DNA of 64,000 nucleotides from Clostridia bacterium (GCA_017461475.1 JAFTXX010000005.1:29918-93917); one strand, 5' to 3'. Positions 28,996-37,819 are shown, counted from the first letter of the stretch. Translations and numbers: made by a program. The notes: generated by a model from the sequence alone, not told the origin.

Positions 28996-29035
28996 CAAAA
29001 ATACCAAGTTCACGGTGTGAACTTGGTATTTTTTA
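28996..29035 (-). terminator. Intrinsic terminator after apbE
   Basis: ATACCAAGTTCAC-GGT-GTGAACTTGGTAT flanked by A- and T-runs. Abuts the stop codon. Confidence 0.85.
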
Positions 29036-30064
29036 CTTCATATATTTTTCAAATCCTGCGGAGTATTTTATTTCGCCTGTGGGGAGTACCCACATGGCTT
29101 CGACGTTTTCGAGGGAATCAACAAGCGCACTGCCCTCCTCTGCGCTCATACAGAAAAGCGCTGTGGAAAGTGCATCTCCGAGGGCGGAACTGTCGCATAT
29201 GACAGAGACCGAGCGGAAGTTTTCACCGGGCATGAGCGTTTCGGGGTCGATGATGTGATGATAGGCTTTGCCGTCGACGTAGTAGTACCGCTGGTATGAA
29301 CCGCTTGTGACTACCGCTTCGCTTTCGACTGCAAGGTAAGCAAGATATGCTTCATCTTCGCTTTCGGCATCGGGGTTCTCTATGCCGACTGTCCATTTTG
29401 TGCCGTCCGGACGTGCGCCTACGGCGCGGACATTGCCGCCCACATTGAGAAGATAGCCGCTGATTTCCTTTTCTTCAAGGCTTTTTGCAACCATTTCCAC
29501 CGCGTAGCCCTTGGCTATGGCGCCGACATCAAGAGACATTTCACCGTCAAGGAGAGTAACTGTATTATTATCTTCGTCAATAATTACTTTTTCAATGTCG
29601 GTATGCAGTGACGCGGCTTTAAGTTTTTCCATATCGGGGAGAGCCGCTGACTCGGGGTGGCGCTCACCGTGGGTGCGTGCATTGTGCCAAAGCGAGAGCA
29701 CACTGCCCATTGCAACATTTGTATTCCCGTTTGTCAAAGTATATGCCTCTTTTGAAAAAGCGAGCATATCAGTAATTCTTTCATCAACTTCTACGGTGCC
29801 GTCGGAGTGATTGACGGTGTAAAGATTAGTGAGCCCGTCATAGTGATTATAGATATTATAAAGTCGGTGATACTCTGTAAATTGTGCGCTGATATCGGCG
29901 CAGACTGCGTCGAAATCCTCTTTGTTGTCGGCATAGCCGACAATTGTGGTGGCGGTGTCGAACCAGTCAAAATAGTACGCGGTGAATTTTTCGGGTGTTT
30001 TTTCCCCGCATGAGGAAAAAAGCAGGATTAAAACCGCCGAGGCGACTATTATAAATTTTCTCAT
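29033..30064 (-). CDS. apbE: FAD:protein FMN transferase (ApbE), lipoprotein
   Basis: Lipobox LLFSSC. ApbE motifs DVGAIAKGYA, TSGSYQRYY and GKAYHHIIDPETL. Confidence 0.9.
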   Translation of the reverse strand: MRKFIIVASAVLILLFSSCGEKTPEKFTAYYFDWFDTATTIVGYADNKEDFDAVCADISAQFTEYHRLYNIYNHYDGLTNLYTVNHSDGTVEVDERITDMLAFSKEAYTLTNGNTNVAMGSVLSLWHNARTHGERHPESAALPDMEKLKAASLHTDIEKVIIDEDNNTVTLLDGEMSLDVGAIAKGYAVEMVAKSLEEKEISGYLLNVGGNVRAVGARPDGTKWTVGIENPDAESEDEAYLAYLAVESEAVVTSGSYQRYYYVDGKAYHHIIDPETLMPGENFRSVSVICDSSALGDALSTALFCMSAEEGSALVDSLENVEAMWVLPTGEIKYSAGFEKYMK

Positions 30065-30087
30065 GTTTTTCTCCGCAAAAAAGATTT

Positions 30088-30115
30088 AAAAAGGGACGCC
30101 GAGGCATCCCTTTTT
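30088..30115 (-). terminator. Intrinsic terminator after the duplicated lipoprotein gene
   Basis: Minus strand reads AAAGGGA-(10-nt loop)-TCCCTTT followed by TT. Confidence 0.55.
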
Positions 30116-30132
30116 GATTTTAACTTAAAAGC

Positions 30133-31152
30133 TTACTGAGCTGCCTTTACCATAGCTGCTGCCATGTCGGTAATGCCGATAGTGCAACCTGCGGTCTGTA
30201 CATCCTCTACGCCGTAGCCGTCAACAACGAGTGCCGCAACTTCGGTAGCGGTGAGACCTGTGCATGCGGTATTGAATGCAGCAGCCTGCTCGTTCCACTC
30301 GAGAACTTTGCCGTCGCCGTTGAGGTCTGCGCCGTATGCTGCCATACCGTAATCTGCGCCCTTCTCAAGTTTGGTGAGAATCTCTGCAGCGGTATCGGTG
30401 GTTGCTTCGCCGAGAGCGGTGAAGGTAACTTCTGCTACTGCAACATCGGTTGCGCAAGCGGTAATCTTGCCGTCAGCGTCGGTTGCTGCAGCCGCTACGG
30501 TGATGTCTACTTCGATAGAACCTTCTGCGTCTGCGGTAGCATCGGTAGCGGATGCGGAAGTAACAACGCCTACCTTAACTGTATCGGTTGCTTTTGCAGT
30601 GGACTCTGCCGCGTTTGCAACTGCCTTTTCAACAGCCTTGATGTAATCGGAAATACCGATAGTGCAACCTGCGGTCTGAACTTCTTCAGTGCCGTAGTAA
30701 CCGTCAACAACGAGAGCCTTTACTTCATCAACGGTCTTGCCGACAACAACGCCTTCAAGAGCGTCAGCCTGCTCGTTCCACTCGAGAACTTTGCCGTCGC
30801 CGTTGAGGTCTGCGCCGTATGCAGCCATACCGTAGTCGGTGCCGAGTTCTGCCTTGGTCTTGAACGCATCTGCAACAACAGCCGCACCTGCGGAAGTGTA
30901 CTCTACAGAGATGTCTGCGCAGTCAATGTCGCAAGCAACGATTTTGCCGTCAGCGTCAACGAGAACTGCAGCAACAGTTGCAAGAACTTCGCCTGCGCCG
31001 TTGGTTTCGCCGTCAGCGGAGGTTGCTTCACCGTAGTAGGTGTAAACACCCATGCCGAAATTAACATTTGCAGCCTCTGCTTCAGAGCCGCAAGAAACGA
31101 GGGTAGTAAGTGCCATAAGCACTACCAATGCAATGCTGAGAATCTTTTTCAT
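30133..31152 (-). CDS. Tandem-duplicated lipoprotein with FMN_bind-like repeats (non-canonical AGCT motif)
   Basis: Lipobox LVSC. Two roughly 160-aa repeats each contain DADGKI(V/T)AC, DYGMAAYGADLNGDGKVLEWNEQA and VQTAGCTIGI(S/T)D. There is a 69-nt intragenic DNA repeat with 1 mismatch (30283-30351 vs 30766-30834). Confidence 0.5.
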   Translation of the reverse strand: MKKILSIALVVLMALTTLVSCGSEAEAANVNFGMGVYTYYGEATSADGETNGAGEVLATVAAVLVDADGKIVACDIDCADISVEYTSAGAAVVADAFKTKAELGTDYGMAAYGADLNGDGKVLEWNEQADALEGVVVGKTVDEVKALVVDGYYGTEEVQTAGCTIGISDYIKAVEKAVANAAESTAKATDTVKVGVVTSASATDATADAEGSIEVDITVAAAATDADGKITACATDVAVAEVTFTALGEATTDTAAEILTKLEKGADYGMAAYGADLNGDGKVLEWNEQAAAFNTACTGLTATEVAALVVDGYGVEDVQTAGCTIGITDMAAAMVKAAQ

Positions 31153-31224
31153 GTCTTTTCTCCTTTAGAATAAATTTTTACCACAGAAATTATGCCACAA
31201 CGGACATACTTTGTCAAGAGTTTA

Positions 31225-31719
31225 TCAATACTTTTTAAGGCGCTCTGTCAAAAACGCGCCCGCTATACCTATAAACACTCCCGCGAGCGTACCGCTTATC
31301 GCAAGTATAAACATATAGTACCCGATTTCGGCAGTTTCCAGAAGGAGCATGGCAACAAGAATTTGCCCGAGATTGTGCATGACCCCGCCGGCGACACTTA
31401 CACCTACGGTGGAAAATTTGTCGGTCTTTTTTAAAAGCGCCATAACGGTAAGACTGAGAGCCGCGCCGGCAAGGCTGTAGATGAATGTTGACGGGTTGAA
31501 CAAAAGTGCCATTATTATCAGACGGATAAATGACGCCGCCGCGGCACTGCCTGCACCGTATTTATAAAGCAGAACTATAATAACGATATTGGGTAGTCCG
31601 ACCTTGATTCCGGGAACGGCGGAATATATCGGCGGAAGCAGCATTTCTATATATGAAAGAATGACGGCAACCGCGCTTATCACGCCTATAAATGTAATTC
31701 TTTTGACACGGTTATTCAT
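31225..31719 (-). CDS. Gx transporter family protein (Hpre_diP_synt_I / PF07456-like)
   Basis: 164 aa, about 5 TM helices. Motifs VPGIKVGLPNIV, SLAGAALS and GVSVAGGVMHNLGQILVA are typical of this family. Confidence 0.75.
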   Translation of the reverse strand: MNNRVKRITFIGVISAVAVILSYIEMLLPPIYSAVPGIKVGLPNIVIIVLLYKYGAGSAAAASFIRLIIMALLFNPSTFIYSLAGAALSLTVMALLKKTDKFSTVGVSVAGGVMHNLGQILVAMLLLETAEIGYYMFILAISGTLAGVFIGIAGAFLTERLKKY

Positions 31720-32090
31720 TACGCCACCATATCAAGCCCTGTATCGCTTGCCTTTTCCGATTTTACAGTAACTACTACACCGTGAGGGAGACAGGTTATC
31801 GTCTCTCCAATGCGTGATATTGGTGTGTGATCGACACATATGCCGTCGGGACAATTTGCTTCCTTAATATATGCTTTGCCGTCCGCAATAACAAGAGTAT
31901 TTACACCGCCGTCGGTTTCTATCACAAATTCGGTATCGGTATCAAGCGGAAAACGGGCAGTTTCCTCACCGTTTATGAGTACCACGGCAAAATCGCCCTG
32001 GCGGCTTAATGTTTTAAACAGCAGAAGTCCTGCTACTGCTGCGAGTAACAGGACTGCCGTAAGTATTATATCATTGCGTCTTTTTGACAT
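31719..32090 (-). CDS. NusG domain II-containing membrane-anchored protein (DUF1312)
   Basis: N-terminal TM helix, then ...NTLVIADGKAYIKEANCPDGICVDHTPISRIGETITCLPHGVVVTV (CPDxxC...CLP signature). Confidence 0.75.
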   Translation of the reverse strand: MSKRRNDIILTAVLLLAAVAGLLLFKTLSRQGDFAVVLINGEETARFPLDTDTEFVIETDGGVNTLVIADGKAYIKEANCPDGICVDHTPISRIGETITCLPHGVVVTVKSEKASDTGLDMVA

Positions 32091-32098
32091 TTTTAATC

Positions 32099-32914
32099 CT
32101 ATACTTCAAAATTGACCGCCGTAATGCAATGAACGGGGCAAACTTCTACGCACTTGCCGCAATTTGTACACTTTTCATAGTCGATTGCCGCAAGATTGTC
32201 TTTTACACTTATAGCCTGCGCATGACAATTAAGTTCGCACTTTTTGCATGCGATGCAGGCATTTTTGCAATTCTTTCTTGCAACGGCGCCCTTTTCCTTA
32301 TTGTTGCAGAGGACGACCTGCTTTGAGCCAATTGGAACAAGGCTGATAATGTGTTTAGGACAAGTTTTTGCACATTTTCCGCAACCTATGCAAAGGCGGC
32401 TGTCTACTCTTGCAACGCCGTCAACAACGCATATCGCGTCTGCGGGGCAAACGTCTGCACAGTCGCCGCATCCAACGCATCCGTAGTTGCACGCGTTGGC
32501 ACCGCCGTAAAGCACGGATGCCGCGCGGCAGGAATTCATACCGTCGTAAATTGCCTTTTTGGGTGCTGCGTCGCAGGTGCCGTTACAGTGAACGACGGCG
32601 ACGCTCTTTTCTTTAACTTCGCTCTCGGCGACGGCAACGCCGAGAATTTCGGAAATCTGCTCAACGACTGCCTGCGCACCGGGAACACAGAGAGTGGTTT
32701 TTACCCCCTGCTCTTCTACGAGCGCTTTCGCGTATGCGTCGCAACCGGCATAGCCGCATGCTCCGCAGTTTGCGCCGGGGAGACATTCGCGGATTTTGGT
32801 AACGCGCTCGTCTGTTTTAACTGCGAAAAAGTGGGACGCAAGCACAAGAATGACCGATGCAATAAATCCTACCACTGCTACTACAAGGAGTGCTGTTAAA
32901 ATATCTGTAATCAT
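32099..32914 (-). CDS. rnfB: Rnf complex subunit B (polyferredoxin)
   Basis: N-terminal TM helix, CGACGYAGC, and several CxxCxxCxxxCP 4Fe-4S motifs. Confidence 0.9.
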   Translation of the reverse strand: MITDILTALLVVAVVGFIASVILVLASHFFAVKTDERVTKIRECLPGANCGACGYAGCDAYAKALVEEQGVKTTLCVPGAQAVVEQISEILGVAVAESEVKEKSVAVVHCNGTCDAAPKKAIYDGMNSCRAASVLYGGANACNYGCVGCGDCADVCPADAICVVDGVARVDSRLCIGCGKCAKTCPKHIISLVPIGSKQVVLCNNKEKGAVARKNCKNACIACKKCELNCHAQAISVKDNLAAIDYEKCTNCGKCVEVCPVHCITAVNFEV

Positions 32915-32926
32915 TTTAATCCTCCT

Positions 32927-33526
32927 TTAAGCAAACAGGTTTTCAACGATTCCCGCAAAGCCGAAGAATGCAAGAGATACAAACGACGCCGCTATAAGAG
33001 TTACGGGAAGACCTTTGAGACTTTCGGGAACTTCGCTCTCGTCGATGTATGTACGGATGCCCGAAAACATTACCATTGCAAGGAGGAAGCCGAGGCCGCA
33101 TCCGAGCGAGGACACCATGGATTCCAGGAAGTTGTATCCGTCGGTGATGTTGTTGATGGTAACGCCGAGTACCGCGCAGTTGGTGGTGATAAGCGGCAGA
33201 TAAACGCCGAGGCTCTTGTGAAGCGCGGGGATGAACTTTTTGAGCAGTATTTCAACGAACTGCACGAGTGACGCAATAACGAGGATAAATACAATAGTCT
33301 GGAGATATCCGAGACCGTTTGCGTCAAGGATGTAATACTGGAGCGGATATGTCACCGCGGTTGCCATGAGCATGACAAACGTAACGGAAACACCCATGCC
33401 GACCGCCTGATTGAGTTTCTTTGAAACTCCGAGAAAGGGGCAGATGCCGAGGAAACGGCTGAGTACGTAGTTATTTACAAGTACGGAACCCATGAGGATA
33501 ATTATAAGCGACTTGAAAGTTTCCAT
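32927..33526 (-). CDS. rnfA: Rnf complex subunit A
   Basis: 199 aa polytopic protein of the RnfA/NqrE family (NNYVLSRFLGICPFLGVS). Confidence 0.9.
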   Translation of the reverse strand: METFKSLIIILMGSVLVNNYVLSRFLGICPFLGVSKKLNQAVGMGVSVTFVMLMATAVTYPLQYYILDANGLGYLQTIVFILVIASLVQFVEILLKKFIPALHKSLGVYLPLITTNCAVLGVTINNITDGYNFLESMVSSLGCGLGFLLAMVMFSGIRTYIDESEVPESLKGLPVTLIAASFVSLAFFGFAGIVENLFA

Positions 33527-34215
33527 TATTTATCCTCCTTTGCTTCGGTTGCGCATCCGCCGTGGCATGTGGATGCCGTGGGGCATCCTGCGCAGGAAAA
33601 TTCTTTTTTCTTGATAGCCTTACCATTGGTAATCTTATTTACAACCGCAATCATAATACCGTAAACAAGCATACCGCCGGGTGCCTGAGTCATAACGCTG
33701 ATTTTGTGAGTTGAGAAGAACGGAAGTGCTATGCCTGCGAAAGAGCCGTTTCCGAGCACCTCACGGATTGTCGAAATGGAGAGGAGTGCGAGTACAAAGC
33801 CGATACCCATGCCGATGCCGTCGAGCGCCGCCTTGCCTACGGTATTTTTGCCTGCGAACATCTCGGCTCTGCCGAGGATTATGCAGTTTACCGTGATAAG
33901 CGCAAGGTAGACGCCGAGCATTTCGTACATTGCGGGAAGATACGCGTGCATGAACATCTGCACAAGGGTAACAAATCCCGCGATAACTACGATGTAGCAA
34001 GGTATGCGAACCTCATCGGGAATGAGTTTGCGAAGAAGCGAGATGAATATGTTGGAGCAGATAAGCACCGCCATGGTGGCAAGTCCCATGCCTATTGCGC
34101 TGACCACAGATGTGGTGGTGGCGAGGGTGGGACAAGTGCCGAGGATGAGCACAAAAACGGGGTTTTCGCGTAAAATTCCTTTAAGGAGGATGGAAAGATT
34201 ATTCTGCTGTTTCAT
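33526..34215 (-). CDS. rnfE: Rnf complex subunit E, with a Cys-rich C-terminal tail
   Basis: ENPVFVLILGTCPTLATT RnfE/NqrD signature. ATG at 34215 with a GGAGG RBS lying inside the rnfG 3' end. Tail: KKKEFSCAGCPTASTCHGGCATEAKEDK. Confidence 0.9.
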   Translation of the reverse strand: MKQQNNLSILLKGILRENPVFVLILGTCPTLATTTSVVSAIGMGLATMAVLICSNIFISLLRKLIPDEVRIPCYIVVIAGFVTLVQMFMHAYLPAMYEMLGVYLALITVNCIILGRAEMFAGKNTVGKAALDGIGMGIGFVLALLSISTIREVLGNGSFAGIALPFFSTHKISVMTQAPGGMLVYGIMIAVVNKITNGKAIKKKEFSCAGCPTASTCHGGCATEAKEDK

Positions 34216-35380
34216 TGTTTGCACCTCCTGTAAGAACTGTTACCGCTTCAAATACGCGGGAAATTGCGGTCATGTAACCCTTTGTTGTTACGGTTGCACC
34301 GCTTACGCCGTCAACCTCGCCGTAAGTGTCGGCAGTCTTGCCGTTAAACTGTGAATAGAACGAAGGTTCGCCGCATGCGGCACCAAAACCGTCGGTCTCC
34401 TTTTGCGATGTTGTCTCGCAAGCGATAATCTTGCCTGCGGGAGTTACGCTTACCTTGATGTAAATGTACTCGCCGGATTTGGAATATTTATCGCCGTTAA
34501 TGCCGTAACCAGATGCTTTGAGTTCGAGTACATAGTTACCGCTTTCTGTAATGTATGCCGCGAGGACTGCCTCGGGCATGTCCGCGTAAGCGGTGATGTC
34601 AACGGGGGTAAGCACCCAAGAGAGAATTGTTGCTACGGCACTTGTTGCCACCGCCTTTTCCTCGGTGGTAATGCCCTCGCTGATGACCTTGCCGTTTGCA
34701 TCTGTTGCAATAAATTTGTCATTTACGCAAATAACATAGCCAACGCCGTTGTTTGCAGAGTATGCGCCCTCGATACCCTCGATTGTATCAAGCATAAACA
34801 CAGATGTAAAGCCGTCTGCTTCGGGAAGTGCCGCCGCGAGATTTTCTGCGAAAATCTCTTCCTCGGTCTTTGCAGCTTCGCCGCCGCCGAGAATAATTGC
34901 CGCGTTGAGCGCGTCACGCACCGCCGAGCGATATCCGCCGGTGGTTTTGGTTGCGCCCGAAACAGTGTCTATGGTATCAATAGTGTCAATGGTAGCACCG
35001 GTAACGTTTTCGCCGTAGGTCTTTTCGTAGCCGTAAGTTTCTTCGCTGGAGATGCAGGTTGCACCGGTAACTGTACCGTCAGCAGAAACACCGACCATAA
35101 TAATCATATTGGGGCTGAGACCCGTGGCATTGAGTTTTACCACAACGCCGCCGCTTGCCTCGGTATACGCTTCCACAACGCTTGCGGGAAGTTCATACTC
35201 AGCAAGGTCTACAGCGGTGAAGTCTGTACCGTCCGGCATAACGACAAGCAGAGCGTCGTTTGCCGCGGAGGATTCATTTTGTGCGATTACGGGAGCGGTG
35301 ATATAATTTGCCGCGGCGAGCATAACCGCGATTACCGCGCAGATAAGAGTGAGGGAAAGTATGCACTTTATGTACTTCAT
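34199..35380 (-). CDS. rnfG: Rnf complex subunit G, about twice the usual length, with two FMN-binding domains
   Basis: 393 aa. N-terminal TM anchor. First FMN_bind domain ends at DTVSGATKTTGGY (aa 141-144). A second FMN_bind domain ends at DGVSGATVTTKGY (aa 360-363). Confidence 0.85.
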   Translation of the reverse strand: MKYIKCILSLTLICAVIAVMLAAANYITAPVIAQNESSAANDALLVVMPDGTDFTAVDLAEYELPASVVEAYTEASGGVVVKLNATGLSPNMIIMVGVSADGTVTGATCISSEETYGYEKTYGENVTGATIDTIDTIDTVSGATKTTGGYRSAVRDALNAAIILGGGEAAKTEEEIFAENLAAALPEADGFTSVFMLDTIEGIEGAYSANNGVGYVICVNDKFIATDANGKVISEGITTEEKAVATSAVATILSWVLTPVDITAYADMPEAVLAAYITESGNYVLELKASGYGINGDKYSKSGEYIYIKVSVTPAGKIIACETTSQKETDGFGAACGEPSFYSQFNGKTADTYGEVDGVSGATVTTKGYMTAISRVFEAVTVLTGGANNETAE

Positions 35381-36294
35381 TTTCTGTCACCTCCGATTAT
35401 CTTGCGGGATGTCCATATATCGATATACGGAGTAAGAATGTTCATAAGAAGGATTGCAAACGAAACGCCCTCGGGGTAGTTGCCGAACATGCGAATCATA
35501 ACGGTGATAACACCTGCGAGCAAACCGAAGAGAATCTGTCCGCCCCATGTTGCGGGAGATGTAACATAGTCGGTTGCCATGAAGATAGCACCGATAAAGA
35601 GACCTCCCGAGAGGGTGTAAGCAAGCGCGGTCGCGGCGTTGAAATCAACAAGCACAAGTGTAAAGAGGAACACAGTGCCGATGAATGCAACAGGAAGATG
35701 CCAAGTGATAACGCGGCGAGCGATGAGGTAAACACCGCCAATGATAAGCGCGAGTGTGCAGGTCTCACCTATTGCACCGCCGTGGTTACCGAGGAACAAA
35801 TCAAGAAGAGATGTAGATGCCGCACCTGCGCTTAAGGGAGTTGCGCTTGAAACAGCGTCTACGGGGAATGCGGCAGTGCCCATCTGAGTAAATGCAATGA
35901 GCATGAACACGCGCGCGGTTATGGCGGGGTTAACGATATTTTTGCCGATACCGCCGAAGAAACATTTTACAACCACTATAGCAAAAACCGAGCCTACGAT
36001 TGCCTGCCATACGGGAATGTTTGCAGGGAGATTGAGCGCGATAAGAAGTCCCGTTACAACAGCACTGAAGTCATCTACCGACTGCTCTTTTTTAACAATA
36101 ACATTAAAAAGAAACTCGGAGAGGACTGCCGTGCCGACGCACACGCCGATAACGAGGAGCGCGCGGGCACCAAAGATAATTGCACCCGCAATTGCCGCAG
36201 GGAGAAGCGAGATTATAACATCAAGCATGACACGGCGAGTCGAATGCGAACTGTGAATATGCGGAGCCGCCGAAATATGAAGCATATTATCCAT
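35377..36294 (-). CDS. rnfD: Rnf complex subunit D
   Basis: HISAAPHIHS N-terminus, a flavinylation-site region DAVSSATPLS, polytopic. Confidence 0.9.
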   Translation of the reverse strand: MDNMLHISAAPHIHSSHSTRRVMLDVIISLLPAAIAGAIIFGARALLVIGVCVGTAVLSEFLFNVIVKKEQSVDDFSAVVTGLLIALNLPANIPVWQAIVGSVFAIVVVKCFFGGIGKNIVNPAITARVFMLIAFTQMGTAAFPVDAVSSATPLSAGAASTSLLDLFLGNHGGAIGETCTLALIIGGVYLIARRVITWHLPVAFIGTVFLFTLVLVDFNAATALAYTLSGGLFIGAIFMATDYVTSPATWGGQILFGLLAGVITVMIRMFGNYPEGVSFAILLMNILTPYIDIWTSRKIIGGDRK

Positions 36295-37606
36295 TGCGCT
36301 TTGCCTCCTCTCTTGCTTTTGCGTCGCGGAGCGCCGCTTTTGCGAGTTTGTGCGTCTGGATTATGGGTCTGTTTGCGGGACAGCGGTATGCACATGTGCC
36401 GCACTCCATACAAAGGTCTACGCGAAGTTTTTTAAGTTTATCGACGTCACCGAGGCGGTATGCATCCGCGATTGCCGCGGGGTTGAGACCGAACGGACAA
36501 AGATTGGTGCATGAGCCGCAGCGAATGCAGTTTGTCACCTTAATGGGAGTCGAATCCTTTTCGTTGAACGCAAGAATTGCATTGTTATTTTTAATAATCG
36601 GAAGTGAAAGCGACGGAACGGCAATACCCATCATGGGGCCGCCGTAAAGCACCTTACCGGGCGTTTCCTTAAAGCCGCCGGTGAACTCAAATACATCCTC
36701 AAGCGAAGTGCCGAGGGGAACGATAACGTTCATCGGATTCTTTACCGCGCTGCCGTCAACGGTGACGAGACGGTCAACGAGCGGAATACCCGTTCTTAAA
36801 TACTTACCGATTGCAGCAACGGTGGAGCAATTGATAACGATACATCCGACGTCAATGGGAAGTTTTCCGCCGGGGACTACTTTGCCCGTGACGTGGTAGA
36901 TCATCACCTTTTCACCGCCCTGCGGGTACTTTGACGGAAGCACCTTGACGCTTACCGCGTCATGCTTTGCCGCAATTTCCTGCATCTTGCGGATAGGTTC
37001 TTTTTTGTTGTTTTCAATGCCGAAAATTATCTTCTTTACACCGAGATATTTTTCAAACGCCTCTAATGCGAGTTCGATATCTTCAGCATATTCAAGCATT
37101 GCGCGAGTGTCGCTTGTGATATAGGGTTCGCACTCTGCCGCGTTGATGATAAGCTCTTCGACACGTTCGGTGTCAACGTCGAGTTTTACATATGTGGGGA
37201 ACCCTGCGCCGCCGAGACCGACGATGCCGCTCTTTTTGACCGCTTCAATGAAGCTCGCGCGGTCGTTTACAGAGGGTGGAGCGATAGACGGGTCATATGT
37301 CATTTCGCCGTCCGACTCAATGGTAACGGCAGGTGCAACGGAGCCGTTTGAGATGCCCATAGGTTCAATCTTTTTTACCGTGCCCGACACGGACGCATAT
37401 ACGGGAGACGAAATCACGCCGTTTTGCTCTGCAACGAGCGTTCCGACGTCGACATGGTCGCCGACCTTTACAACTACTGTCGCAGGGGCGCCGATATGCA
37501 TGGATGTGGGCAATGTAACTGCCTTTGGAGCATCCATTTTCACAGCCGCAATTTCAGCGGTGTTTTTTCTGTGAGGCAGATGGATACTGCGGAGGTTAAA
37601 AGCCAT
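36287..37606 (-). CDS. rnfC: Rnf complex subunit C
   Basis: GLGGAGFPT nucleotide/FMN motif and two 4Fe-4S motifs (CIRCGSCTNLCP, CMECGTCAYRCP). Confidence 0.9.
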   Translation of the reverse strand: MAFNLRSIHLPHRKNTAEIAAVKMDAPKAVTLPTSMHIGAPATVVVKVGDHVDVGTLVAEQNGVISSPVYASVSGTVKKIEPMGISNGSVAPAVTIESDGEMTYDPSIAPPSVNDRASFIEAVKKSGIVGLGGAGFPTYVKLDVDTERVEELIINAAECEPYITSDTRAMLEYAEDIELALEAFEKYLGVKKIIFGIENNKKEPIRKMQEIAAKHDAVSVKVLPSKYPQGGEKVMIYHVTGKVVPGGKLPIDVGCIVINCSTVAAIGKYLRTGIPLVDRLVTVDGSAVKNPMNVIVPLGTSLEDVFEFTGGFKETPGKVLYGGPMMGIAVPSLSLPIIKNNNAILAFNEKDSTPIKVTNCIRCGSCTNLCPFGLNPAAIADAYRLGDVDKLKKLRVDLCMECGTCAYRCPANRPIIQTHKLAKAALRDAKAREEAKRNG

Positions 37607-37701
37607 TTTTCAGCCACCTTTCTTTAAGAAAAACTTTGTTTAAAAAATCACAAAGTTTGGTATTGATTTTACTGCAAAATGCACAAAATATTTCAGTTTA
37701 T

Positions 37702-37730
37702 AATATATACCTTTTTCGACGTAAAGTCAA
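37702..37730 (-). promoter_or_regulatory. Promoter of the rnf operon
   Basis: TTGACT - 17 nt - TATATT on the minus strand, about 95 nt upstream of rnfC. Confidence 0.55.
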
Positions 37731-37819
37731 TAATTTTTTGTGCTTTGGCAGGCATTTTCTGCTGTGTAAATGTATAGAAAATTTGAGGTTTAGCAAAGTA
37801 ATTGCGACGCACCGGCATT

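Noticed and set aside
25938-29035. Genomic island integrated at tRNA-Pro
   Set aside because: No integrase, excisionase or phage or conjugation genes follow the tRNA. The downstream genes (GNAT, LtaS-like) look like ordinary chromosomal genes. Only the short tRNA-fragment repeat is reported, as a low-interest finding.
34403-35479. 358-aa plus-strand ORF
   Set aside because: It is antisense to rnfG and the rnfD 3' end. It is Cys-rich with no motifs. This is a shadow ORF.
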